A model generated the notes under the pieces. That model was given only the letters and a program-made list of their open reading frames with translations. It was not told the DNA's origin and did no database searches. From Candidatus Spongiisociaceae bacterium (lineage in GTDB: Bacteria > Actinomycetota > Acidimicrobiia > Spongiisociales > Spongiisociaceae), in NCBI GenBank assembly GCA_965219685.1, contig CBDCOH010000002.1, forward strand, positions 1,472,001 through 1,536,000: DNA of 64,000 nucleotides. Reading direction: 5' to 3'. Every line of letters starts with the position of its first letter. The first letter of the stretch is position 1. Positions 55,875 through 64,000 of this stretch are shown in pieces. The translations under genes and the position numbers were made by a program.

Positions 55875-56588
55875 TCATATCTCCGAGCCCAGATAAGCGG
55901 CAGCCAGCCTCTCGTCGGTCAGGAGGGCCTGGTTCGAGGTCTCCAGGACCACTTCCCCCGACTCGAGCACGCAGGCCCGATCACAGATCTCGAGCGCCTC
56001 GTGGGCGCGTTGCTCCACGATGATCGTTGCGGTCGTCTCGCTCTCAAGGAGCCGCGCGATGCCCTCGAACACGCTGTCCGCGGCGCGGGGAGCCAGTCCC
56101 ATCGAGGGTTCGTCGAGCATGAGCAACCGTGGGCAGGCCATGACGCCTCGAGCAACCGCCAGCATCTGCTGCTGGCCTCCCGACAAGGCGCCTCCGTCCC
56201 GGTTGAGCATGTCGGCCAGCGCAGGGAAGATCTCAAGCACCAGATCGAGGCGCTCGTCGTGCCGGTGCTGGGCGCCGGCGCGGTGACTGCCGAGGCGAAG
56301 ATTGTCGGTCACCGTCATCGATGCAAAGATCATCCGCCCCTGGGGCACGTGCACGATTCCGGCCTCGACGCGTTTGTGCGGCGGCTGTGAGTGAAGATCC
56401 TGCCCTTCGAAGCGGATCGCACCCCTGTCTACCTCCACGGTCCCGCTGATCGTCTTCAGCAGGGTGGTCTTGCCCGCACCATTGGGTCCCAGGATGGCCA
56501 CACGCTCCCCCGCTCCGACCTGGAGGTCGATGGAGCGCAATGCCGGGACTCCGTCGTAGCTGGCGCGGAGGTCACTGATCTCTAGCAT
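55875..56588 (-). CDS. Branched-chain-type ABC transporter ATPase (LivF-like)
   Basis: GPNGAGKT, LSGGQQQM, LDEPSMGL. Confidence 0.93.
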   Translation of the reverse strand: MLEISDLRASYDGVPALRSIDLQVGAGERVAILGPNGAGKTTLLKTISGTVEVDRGAIRFEGQDLHSQPPHKRVEAGIVHVPQGRMIFASMTVTDNLRLGSHRAGAQHRHDERLDLVLEIFPALADMLNRDGGALSGGQQQMLAVARGVMACPRLLMLDEPSMGLAPRAADSVFEGIARLLESETTATIIVEQRAHEALEICDRACVLESGEVVLETSNQALLTDERLAAAYLGSEI

Positions 56589-58374
56589 GTTCCATCCATC
56601 TCGATCCGAGGTAGGCCTCGATCACGCGCGGGTCCGACACGACATCCGCCGGCGGGCCTTGGACGATGACGCGGCCCTCATCGAGTGCGACCACCGATTC
56701 GACGTACTGAATCAGCGACCGGACCGAGTGCTCGATCACCACGATCGCCGTGTGCGGCGTGACCAGTTCGTCGACAGTCCTGAAGAAGCGGGCTCGTTCG
56801 GCCTCGTTCAAGCCGGCGAGCGGCTCGTCGAGCAGCAGCAACTCCGGCTCGCTCACCATGGCCCTCGCCAACTCGAGGTTCTTGATCTCGGCCGTGGTGA
56901 GGGCGCTCAACTCGCCGAGCGCGCTATCGCCGAGGCCGACCCGCTCGAGCATCGCCATCGACGCCGCTACCGGATGCGGTATCGAGGCGCCGATCGCAGC
57001 CACCACGACATTGTCGAGCGGAGACATGAGATGGAAGCCCTGGGGAACCTGGAATGTTCGTGACATGCCGAGTTCGTAGCGCCGCGGCGCGCGCATCCGA
57101 TCCACCTTCATCCCCTTGAACAGTATCCGTCCGGCATCGGCGCGTAGGTGGGCGGTGATGATGTTGAACAGCGTCGTCTTGCCCGCACCATTGGGGCCGA
57201 TGATGCCGACACGACGGCCCGCATCGATCCTGAAGACCACGTCGGACAGTACGCGATTGGCGCCGAAGCTCTTGGCTATACCCTCCACTTCGAGCACAGG
57301 GGCATCGCTCGACCGCGCCAGCTTCGACCGGAGTGGTCTTCGCGGCATGCTCAAGAACGGCGACGGCCGCTGCGGAGGCGCAGCGAGACGCCCGAGAAGG
57401 CGCCGGCCTCCCGGCTCAGGTGATCGACGGGGCCGGGTCGCTAACCGGCGGAAGCCGCTCTCGATCGCGGGAAGGATTCCGCGCGGTATCAGCAGGGCGA
57501 CGAGTACGAGCGCTGCCGCGTAGACGAGCTCCTGCGCGCCGGGCACAGACTCGCCGATCGAATCGTCCAGGAACATCGCCAGCGGGATGAGGAAGGCCGC
57601 GCCGACGACCGGCCCCCAGGTCTGTCCCACCCCGCCCACGAACGCCACCGAAAGCATGACGATCACCACGGTGATGCCGAAGACCTCCTCGGCGACGGTC
57701 ACCCGCAGGACGGCCTTCACCCAGAGCACGGCCATGGCCGCCGACAGCGCCGCCGAGATCATGAACGCCGCCGACTTCCATGCGACGGTGCGGATGCCCA
57801 CCGCCCGGGCCAGGACCTCGTTGTCCCGAATGGCACGCAGGGCGTATCCGAACGAAGTCACATCGATCAGCTCGCTGATCATCAATGCAACGACCAGCAT
57901 CCCCAGGCCGACCCACACATAGGTGTGGGGATCGGAGAATTCCATGAACCTCCACTCGCTCTCGGGGCGGAACGGAACCGTGAGTTCGGGATCCCCGTAA
58001 TGGGACACCAACAGTTCCATGATGAGCGGGAAGGAGATGGTGGCAAGCGTGAAGTAGAACCCCCTGAGCCGGAAAGTGGGCAGGCCGATGGCAAGCGCCA
58101 CCACCGCGGCGACTCCCATGCCGAGGACCATGCCGATCCACGGCGAGGTGCCGCCGCCTCGCAGCAGGATCGTGAAAGCGTACGCGCCGATGCCGACGAA
58201 CGCGCTGTGGCCGAGCGAGATCTGCCCGGCCTTGGCCATCAGATTCCAGGCCACGCCGGCGAGCGCCCAGACGACCGTCAAGGTGAGCACCCTCACGTAG
58301 AACCGCTGCTCGAGCCAGCCGTTGAGGGCAGCGACGACGACGACCAACACTATGAATGGAACTAGGCGCCGCAT
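56572..58374 (-). CDS. ABC permease (LivM-like) fused to an ATPase (LivG-like)
   Basis: GQISLGH, RLRGFYF, AIRDNE; then GPNGAGKT, RTFQ, LDEP.AG. Confidence 0.92.
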   Translation of the reverse strand: MRRLVPFIVLVVVVAALNGWLEQRFYVRVLTLTVVWALAGVAWNLMAKAGQISLGHSAFVGIGAYAFTILLRGGGTSPWIGMVLGMGVAAVVALAIGLPTFRLRGFYFTLATISFPLIMELLVSHYGDPELTVPFRPESEWRFMEFSDPHTYVWVGLGMLVVALMISELIDVTSFGYALRAIRDNEVLARAVGIRTVAWKSAAFMISAALSAAMAVLWVKAVLRVTVAEEVFGITVVIVMLSVAFVGGVGQTWGPVVGAAFLIPLAMFLDDSIGESVPGAQELVYAAALVLVALLIPRGILPAIESGFRRLATRPRRSPEPGGRRLLGRLAAPPQRPSPFLSMPRRPLRSKLARSSDAPVLEVEGIAKSFGANRVLSDVVFRIDAGRRVGIIGPNGAGKTTLFNIITAHLRADAGRILFKGMKVDRMRAPRRYELGMSRTFQVPQGFHLMSPLDNVVVAAIGASIPHPVAASMAMLERVGLGDSALGELSALTTAEIKNLELARAMVSEPELLLLDEPLAGLNEAERARFFRTVDELVTPHTAIVVIEHSVRSLIQYVESVVALDEGRVIVQGPPADVVSDPRVIEAYLGSRWMEHARDQ

Positions 58375-59255
58375 CAGATGGCGCGCTGCGCCTTACCGAA
58401 CAGGCCGTTGGGGCGCACGTAGAGGATGAGCAGGAACAGAGCGAACACCCAGACGTTCTTCACGGCAGCCGAAGTCCACACCTGCGACACGGACTGGATG
58501 ATCCCGATAAGCACGCCCCCCAGGAAAGCACCGCGGACACTGCCGAGGCCGCCGAGCACCACCGCGGCGAACATGACGACCACGAACCGGAGCCCCACGA
58601 ACGGCGTGATGCTCTGGAACGTCACGAGCGCCGAACCGCCCACCGCGGTGAGCGCCACGCCAACCCCGAACGCGATACGGTTCGTGCGATCGATGTCGAC
58701 GCCCATGTATGTCGCTGCCTCCCAATTCTCCGACGCGGCGCGAATGGCCCGCCCGGTGGCGGACCGGTTGAGGAACAGGAAGACGAGCGCCGCGACCAGC
58801 ACCGAGAGGAGAAAGGCGTAGAGACGTACTCGGCTGACGAATATGTCGCCGATGAAGCCGCCCGTATTGGCGTAGGAAGGCGCGACCACCCGCGGCTCCG
58901 ACGAGTACCTGATCAGGATGAGATTCTGGAAGATCAGGCCCAGTCCGATGGTGAGAATCACTTGAGCATCGTGATTCTCGCGCCGGCCGATCACGAAGCG
59001 GATGAAGAGCCAGTGGACTGCCATCCCCAGCAGCAGGAACACGAAGAAGACGGCGGGCACTGCCAGGAACGGGTCCAAGCCGACACCGCCCGCGAACAGC
59101 GCCCATGAGAGGTACATGGCGAGCATCATGAAGTCGGCCTGGGCGAAGTTCACCACCCGCATCACGCCGAAGATCAGCCCGAGACCTGACGCCAGCAGGG
59201 CGTAGACGCCCCCGATCAGGATCCCGGGAACGAGGAACTGCAGGAACTCGACCAT
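58374..59255 (-). CDS. ABC permease (LivH-like)
   Basis: YALLASGL.LIFGV..VVNFAQ, GRAIRA, VVLGGLGS. Confidence 0.93.
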   Translation of the reverse strand: MVEFLQFLVPGILIGGVYALLASGLGLIFGVMRVVNFAQADFMMLAMYLSWALFAGGVGLDPFLAVPAVFFVFLLLGMAVHWLFIRFVIGRRENHDAQVILTIGLGLIFQNLILIRYSSEPRVVAPSYANTGGFIGDIFVSRVRLYAFLLSVLVAALVFLFLNRSATGRAIRAASENWEAATYMGVDIDRTNRIAFGVGVALTAVGGSALVTFQSITPFVGLRFVVVMFAAVVLGGLGSVRGAFLGGVLIGIIQSVSQVWTSAAVKNVWVFALFLLILYVRPNGLFGKAQRAI

Positions 59256-59362
59256 CGCCTCAGCAGGCACCCGGCGCGGGTCGCGCGCGGCGCCGGCGCC
59301 TCACGTCGGGGTGCGGGGACGGAGGGAGCGCGCCATCGAGCCGATAAGGACAGTCCCCTCCG

Positions 59363-60766
59363 TTACCTCCAAACCGGTTGGCAAACCGCGAACTCGACCG
59401 GATAGACGGTGCACGGGATCATCCTCCCGTCGACCTCCTGCCACTGTGCCAGCACGCCGAAGTGCTGGTCAATGCGACCGGTTTCGCTGAAGCTGATCTC
59501 CGACGTCGGCATGAGGTCGACAGCGACGCCCTCGGTCAGCCTGATGGAGTTGAACCCCTCGGTAACCGCGGCCGGGGATGGATCGCCGGCCTGCTCGAGC
59601 ACAGCCGCAATGAGATGAATCACGAAATAGCCGCCGATGTGGTCCTGGCGGGCGTAGGGCTGGTCGATGGCGGCTGCCAGCTCGGGGAACGCGTCATTAC
59701 CGGCTAGCGGATTGGCATACACGAACGTCGACAGCCCGGCCACCTCCGGACCGAGGTCCGCCCATGCGGGCAGTAGTCCCTGTCCGCCGTTCTGGACGAC
59801 CGGTGCGGTGACCCCACGGGCGATCAGCTCGTTCTGGAGTCCGCTCACGTCGCTGAAGGCGAATGCGATGTTGAAGATGACGTCGACATCGGCGTTGGCG
59901 ATCTTGGTCGCCACGCCCGATGGGTCGTCGAGTCCACCCGGCGCCCAGGTGTCAGTAACTGCGACCTCGATCCCTCGCTCGCTGAACTCGGCCAGCAGGG
60001 CTTCCTGCAGCGGCACGGCTGCGGCCGATGTGGAACCCACCACCGCCACCTTCTCCATCGTGATCCCCGCCTGGTCCAGGCCAGGCTGGATGGCCTCGAG
60101 AATGAGGCCCTTGATGGCCGACGCCGGGGGCGAGTAGCCGAACACGTGGCTGAAGCCCTCACGGTCAGTGACGGAGTCGGCGAAGCTCTCTGTGATGAAC
60201 GGAATCCTCGCTCGCTCGCTCACCTCCGTCGCGGCCAGGCTGAACGACGACAGCCAGGATCCGGCGATAGCCGACACGTCGGGCTCGTCGTCGAGGAGTC
60301 GTTCAACAGCGGTGGCCGCCTCCTCGGCAGAGCCGCCCGCGTCGTAGATCGCCAGCCGCAAGGAGGCCCCGCATAACGACTCGATGCCGCCCGCCGCGTT
60401 GATGTCCGCCACCGCCTTGGTCGCCCCGGCGATCTCGGCGTCTCCGACAAAGCTGAACGTTCCTGACATGGGCCACACTGTGCCGATGACCACCTCATCG
60501 ACGCAATTGCGATCGTCGACGGGAGCCTCCTCGACCTGCGCCACGGCCTCGGTCGTGGCCGCCGCCGTCGCCGCGGTGGTGGCCACCGTGGTAGCCGCCG
60601 CCGTCGCAGCGGTCGTCGCAGCGGTCGTGGCCGCGGTCTCCGGAGCAGAATCACCTGACGAGCCATCGCCGCATGCGGCCGCTACGAGGCTCACTATCGC
60701 AACTAGCGCGGGCAACAAGCGCAAACGGCGAACCGTCGCTCCCTTATCGGGTCGGATCATGTACAT
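59363..60766 (-). CDS. ABC substrate-binding lipoprotein (LivJ/K-like fold)
   Basis: Lipobox AAAC, Ala/Thr linker, PMSG, INAAGG; AAGGAG RBS. Confidence 0.9.
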   Translation of the reverse strand: MYMIRPDKGATVRRLRLLPALVAIVSLVAAACGDGSSGDSAPETAATTAATTAATAAATTVATTAATAAATTEAVAQVEEAPVDDRNCVDEVVIGTVWPMSGTFSFVGDAEIAGATKAVADINAAGGIESLCGASLRLAIYDAGGSAEEAATAVERLLDDEPDVSAIAGSWLSSFSLAATEVSERARIPFITESFADSVTDREGFSHVFGYSPPASAIKGLILEAIQPGLDQAGITMEKVAVVGSTSAAAVPLQEALLAEFSERGIEVAVTDTWAPGGLDDPSGVATKIANADVDVIFNIAFAFSDVSGLQNELIARGVTAPVVQNGGQGLLPAWADLGPEVAGLSTFVYANPLAGNDAFPELAAAIDQPYARQDHIGGYFVIHLIAAVLEQAGDPSPAAVTEGFNSIRLTEGVAVDLMPTSEISFSETGRIDQHFGVLAQWQEVDGRMIPCTVYPVEFAVCQPVWR

Positions 60767-60823
60767 GGTCACTCCTTGGACTGCCAAGACCCGGCGGAGA
60801 CCTACGGCACCGACCGGAATCCG

Positions 60824-60871
60824 ACGATAGGCAGGCTCACCCCACCTGTCAAGAGAGTGATATCGCTTTTT
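60824..60871 (-). promoter_or_regulatory. Promoter TTGACA-17-TATCGT with an adjacent putative TetR operator (60853-60871)
   Basis: Consensus -35, 17-nt spacer, TANNNT -10; AAAAAGCGATATCACTCTC directly upstream of the -35. Confidence 0.6.
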
Positions 60872-60960
60872 TGAATCTCAGTTGAGTGCGGCCACAGCAC
60901 ATGTCGCAACCTGGCGACGAAGCTCGGTGGGGGTTCGGGATCTGTCGGGTAGTCGGGCGA

Positions 60961-62049
60961 TCAGGCCGCAGCGAGCGCGGCGTCGATCCACGGATCGATC
61001 GTGTCGCGGTTGGCTGCGATCCAATCGGCGGCCGCGGCTGCGATCTCGGCGTCGGAGTTGGCGCCGGCGTCGATGGCGACCGCTTGGACGGCCACTGCGA
61101 GCGGATCCAATTCGAAGTTCTCGAGCAATGATGCCGCGGCCGGGTTAGCGGCCAGGAAGTCTTTGTTGGCGGTCACCACGATGTCGGACGGCGTGAACAT
61201 GGTCGTGCAGGGATCGTTCGTGCAGGCGTCCCCTACCGCAGAGATGCCGTCCTGGCCTTCGAGGGCCTGTTCGGGCTCGATGGCGAGCCACAGCACGTCC
61301 CTACCCGGTACGAGCTTGCCGACGAACGCGGTGGGCGTCCACACATACTGAAGAACGGGACCACCCGCCGCGAAGCTCGCCTGTGACTCCGCGAACAGAG
61401 CCGAGTGGGTAGCCGACACTTGCGCGGCCCGGTCGCCCCACCCGTTCTTGGCGAGGGTGTCGTTTATGACCTTCTGGCAGCCCCAACCGTCGTCACAGCC
61501 GTTGATGTCAGCCTTGCCATCACCGTCGCTGTCGAAGTGGGCGACCGCCTCGGGGTTGTCGAGCAACTCTCCGAGCGTGGTGAAGCCGAACTGCTCGAAG
61601 CTGGGAATGTCCACGAGAAGGCCCTGAAGAGCTCCGGACGCCATCATCTTACCGATGTAGCGGGCCTTGTCGCCGAAGGTGCCGCCATCCGGGCTCTCTC
61701 CATCTAGGAGCGGAGTGTGGTTGAGCGGCCACGACGACGCCCAAAGGTCGTAGTCTCCCTGAGCCACGGCCGGGTAGAACGTCGCCGGCGCGATCTCCTC
61801 CGGGTCTGTGACCTCATAGCCGAGCTCTCGGAGCAGCTGCTGGACCACATAGTTCTGGAAGTTGGTCTCGATCCAGTTTCCGCGGGCCATGGTGACGGTG
61901 ACACCATCTCCTGGCAGGGCCGTCTCGGGTTCGGCTTCAGCGGTCGCAGGCGCAGGATCGGTCGTCGAGGTGTCGCCACCGCATGCGACGGTCATCAGCA
62001 CGAACGTGGTTAGCAGGGCGAGAAACGCTCGCCCTCGGCTGGTGGTCAT
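60961..62049 (-). CDS. proX: Glycine betaine/proline ABC substrate-binding lipoprotein
   Basis: Lipobox VAC, LQG.L.D, FDSDGDGKADI.GC..GWGC, Y.WTP, ANK.F...NPAAA. Confidence 0.88.
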   Translation of the reverse strand: MTTSRGRAFLALLTTFVLMTVACGGDTSTTDPAPATAEAEPETALPGDGVTVTMARGNWIETNFQNYVVQQLLRELGYEVTDPEEIAPATFYPAVAQGDYDLWASSWPLNHTPLLDGESPDGGTFGDKARYIGKMMASGALQGLLVDIPSFEQFGFTTLGELLDNPEAVAHFDSDGDGKADINGCDDGWGCQKVINDTLAKNGWGDRAAQVSATHSALFAESQASFAAGGPVLQYVWTPTAFVGKLVPGRDVLWLAIEPEQALEGQDGISAVGDACTNDPCTTMFTPSDIVVTANKDFLAANPAAASLLENFELDPLAVAVQAVAIDAGANSDAEIAAAAADWIAANRDTIDPWIDAALAAA

Positions 62050-62159
62050 GGGATCCCCCTCCCATTCTCCGGCTCCCGGAGCGTCCGAACAGCGGAGCCT
62101 CTTCGTGTCTTGCCTTGGGAACGATCTTACAAGGAATACAATAACGACATCTCTTCTTC

Positions 62160-64000
62160 TTAGGCTTTTCCTTGCCCCGGTCGGACCGGACTACCGGCCC
62201 GCCAGCCCCTGGCGGCCATGATCAAGCCGCCGACGACCACCAGGAAGGCGCTGGCACCGGGTGAGACAGCCGGGGTCGCCAACCGGACGAACGTCGCGAT
62301 CCAGGCCGCTCCGATCGCGGCGATTGCACATCCCAGCCCGAATGTCACGAGGGCGAGGTATCGCTGGACGGCATGCCGGGGCACCAGTCGGCCGAGTACA
62401 GCCGCCATGGATGCCAGCGTGAGAACGAGGATGATGTAACCGATCCCCGGTCCATCGGGATCCAGTCCTCGGACCGTGACGCGGCGGGTCTCGGCCAGTG
62501 CCTCGGCCAGCACCTCGGCGGCCAGTCCGCCCTGGTCGGCCCCCTCGGCGTCGGCTGCCAGTTCGGCGGCGATCTGGGCAGCGTCGCTGCGCTGGTCCAG
62601 GATCCAGGATCCTGACGCTCCGGCGAGTCCCAGGAACAGGGCCAGAACTACCATGCTCGCCAGTTCGCGTGGCCCCACGCGCGCCGGCTCATCGTCGTGG
62701 CCCCCTCGGAGCGCGGCCCAGCAACCACCCGCGAGAACGATCAGCGAGCTGAGCAGCGCCAGCCACACACCGGTGCCGTGGCTGTAGTTATCTCCCCGGG
62801 GTGAGACGGTCAGGTATGCGACGGCAAGCGAAGCCAAGACCACACCGGCCGCCAGGTAGGCGCCTCCGGCCGCGACGAACCTGTCCCTGCTGCGCGGACG
62901 CCAGAGCGTCGACGCGCCGCCGAACGCGACCGTCAGGCCTACAAGGGCGAATACGATCCCGAACCACGATCCGCCGGTGGCGTCCACGCCGCTGTGGGCG
63001 CCGGGGAGGTCGGTATCGGCGAATCGGGCGTAACCCGACAGCAGCCCGGCATCGTTACCCCAGGTCAGCAAAGCCGAGAACGCGGCCAGCAGACCCCCGA
63101 TGAGGGCGGCCACCGCCCGGATCCGGTGCGAGTCCGCCAACTCCGGCTCGGCCGGAGCCACGGCCACGACCGGGGTCTCCGGCTCGGCTTGCATCCCCGG
63201 TACGGCGGGCACCGCGGGGTCAGCCCGCGTGGACCAAGCGCCGAGCATCCGCGCAAAGAGGCTCCGCCTGTCATCGCTGTCCTCGGGCTGCGAGATCCGG
63301 TCGAGGAGTACCCCGACGAAGTAGAGGGCCGCTCCTGCCGACGCGCCCAGGGGAATGTCGGCGGTGTTGAGCGCCGTGAGGATCGGTTTCCCGAGACCTC
63401 CACCCGCGATGATGGCCACGATCCCCACCATTGACAGCGACAGCAGCAGGGTCTGGTTGAGGCCGGCCATGATCGCGGGCCGGGCCAGTGGCATCTGGAC
63501 CTCGCGCAGGACCCGGGTCTCGGTCGCTCCGAACGCGCGGGCCGCCTCCACCACGTCGGCGGGAACCTGGCGGATCCCCAGGTTGGTGAGCCGAACGATC
63601 GGGGGAAGGGCAAAGACCAGTGTGGCCAGCACGCCAGGGGTTCGGCGGACGCCGAACAGAAAGATAATGGGCAGCAGGTAGACGAAGGGGTGGATTACCT
63701 GCATGCCGTCAAGTACGGGGCGCAGCCGGCTCCAGAAGGTGTCGATCCGAGCCGCCAGGATCCCCAGCGGGATGCCGATGACCGTGCAGATCATCACGGC
63801 CACGATGATCATCCCGATCGTCTCCATGGTGAGATCCCAGTACGCGTTGCCCAGCAGCCCGCATGCGAGCAGTCCGGCCGCGCTGCCCAGCCCCACCAGG
63901 AAGTTCCTGGTCAGTGCTCCCAGCAGGAAGAACAACAACAGCACGACCGGCCACGGGAGCCAGTCCTGCAGCAGGTTGTCGATAATGAGTTCCAGCAACT
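62160..64000 (-). CDS. proW: ProW-like ABC permease with a long extra C-terminal membrane domain (5' end outside the window)
   Basis: IGIPLGI, LDGMQ..HPFVYL, PPIVRLTNLGIRQV, EAA..FG, QMPLARP.IMAGLNQT. Confidence 0.85.
   Translation of the reverse strand, partial: LLELIIDNLLQDWLPWPVVLLLFFLLGALTRNFLVGLGSAAGLLACGLLGNAYWDLTMETIGMIIVAVMICTVIGIPLGILAARIDTFWSRLRPVLDGMQVIHPFVYLLPIIFLFGVRRTPGVLATLVFALPPIVRLTNLGIRQVPADVVEAARAFGATETRVLREVQMPLARPAIMAGLNQTLLLSLSMVGIVAIIAGGGLGKPILTALNTADIPLGASAGAALYFVGVLLDRISQPEDSDDRRSLFARMLGAWSTRADPAVPAVPGMQAEPETPVVAVAPAEPELADSHRIRAVAALIGGLLAAFSALLTWGNDAGLLSGYARFADTDLPGAHSGVDATGGSWFGIVFALVGLTVAFGGASTLWRPRSRDRFVAAGGAYLAAGVVLASLAVAYLTVSPRGDNYSHGTGVWLALLSSLIVLAGGCWAALRGGHDDEPARVGPRELASMVVLALFLGLAGASGSWILDQRSDAAQIAAELAADAEGADQGGLAAEVLAEALAETRRVTVRGLDPDGPGIGYIILVLTLASMAAVLGRLVPRHAVQRYLALVTFGLGCAIAAIGAAWIATFVRLATPAVSPGASAFLVVVGGLIMAARGWRAGSPVRPGQGKA

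Overview
High-GC actinobacterial chromosome segment, probably Acidimicrobiia-like (inferred from gene content and order). The first ~47.8 kb is mostly housekeeping: the F1Fo atp operon, glyA, sua5-prmC-prfA-rpmE-rho, thrC-hom-lysA, tRNA-Arg(CCG), Ku, a whiB1/wblE-like gene, prs-glmU, tRNA-Gln(UUG), ispE-rsmA-tatD-rsmI, gabD, a phosphomannomutase, two tandem gap genes, aroK and ppdK. From 47.9 to 60.8 kb lies a TetR-associated acyl-CoA/amide catabolic cluster with a branched-chain-type ABC importer, followed by a glycine-betaine ABC system. Most notable observations: (1) about 11 intergenic arrays of degenerate 7-bp repeats with a fixed polarity, the G/T-rich strand always reading away from the adjacent gene, often as head-to-head arms around an AT-rich core; (2) a radical SAM gene whose apparent TGA stop is very probably selenocysteine (C-U-A-E-P tail plus a SECIS-like hairpin); (3) a GAPDH paralog lacking the catalytic cysteine and coupled to an intact gap; (4) Rex/CRP-type operators before the atp operon and whiB; (5) a structured ncRNA candidate between aroK and ppdK. 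All calls come from reading motifs by eye; no searches were run.
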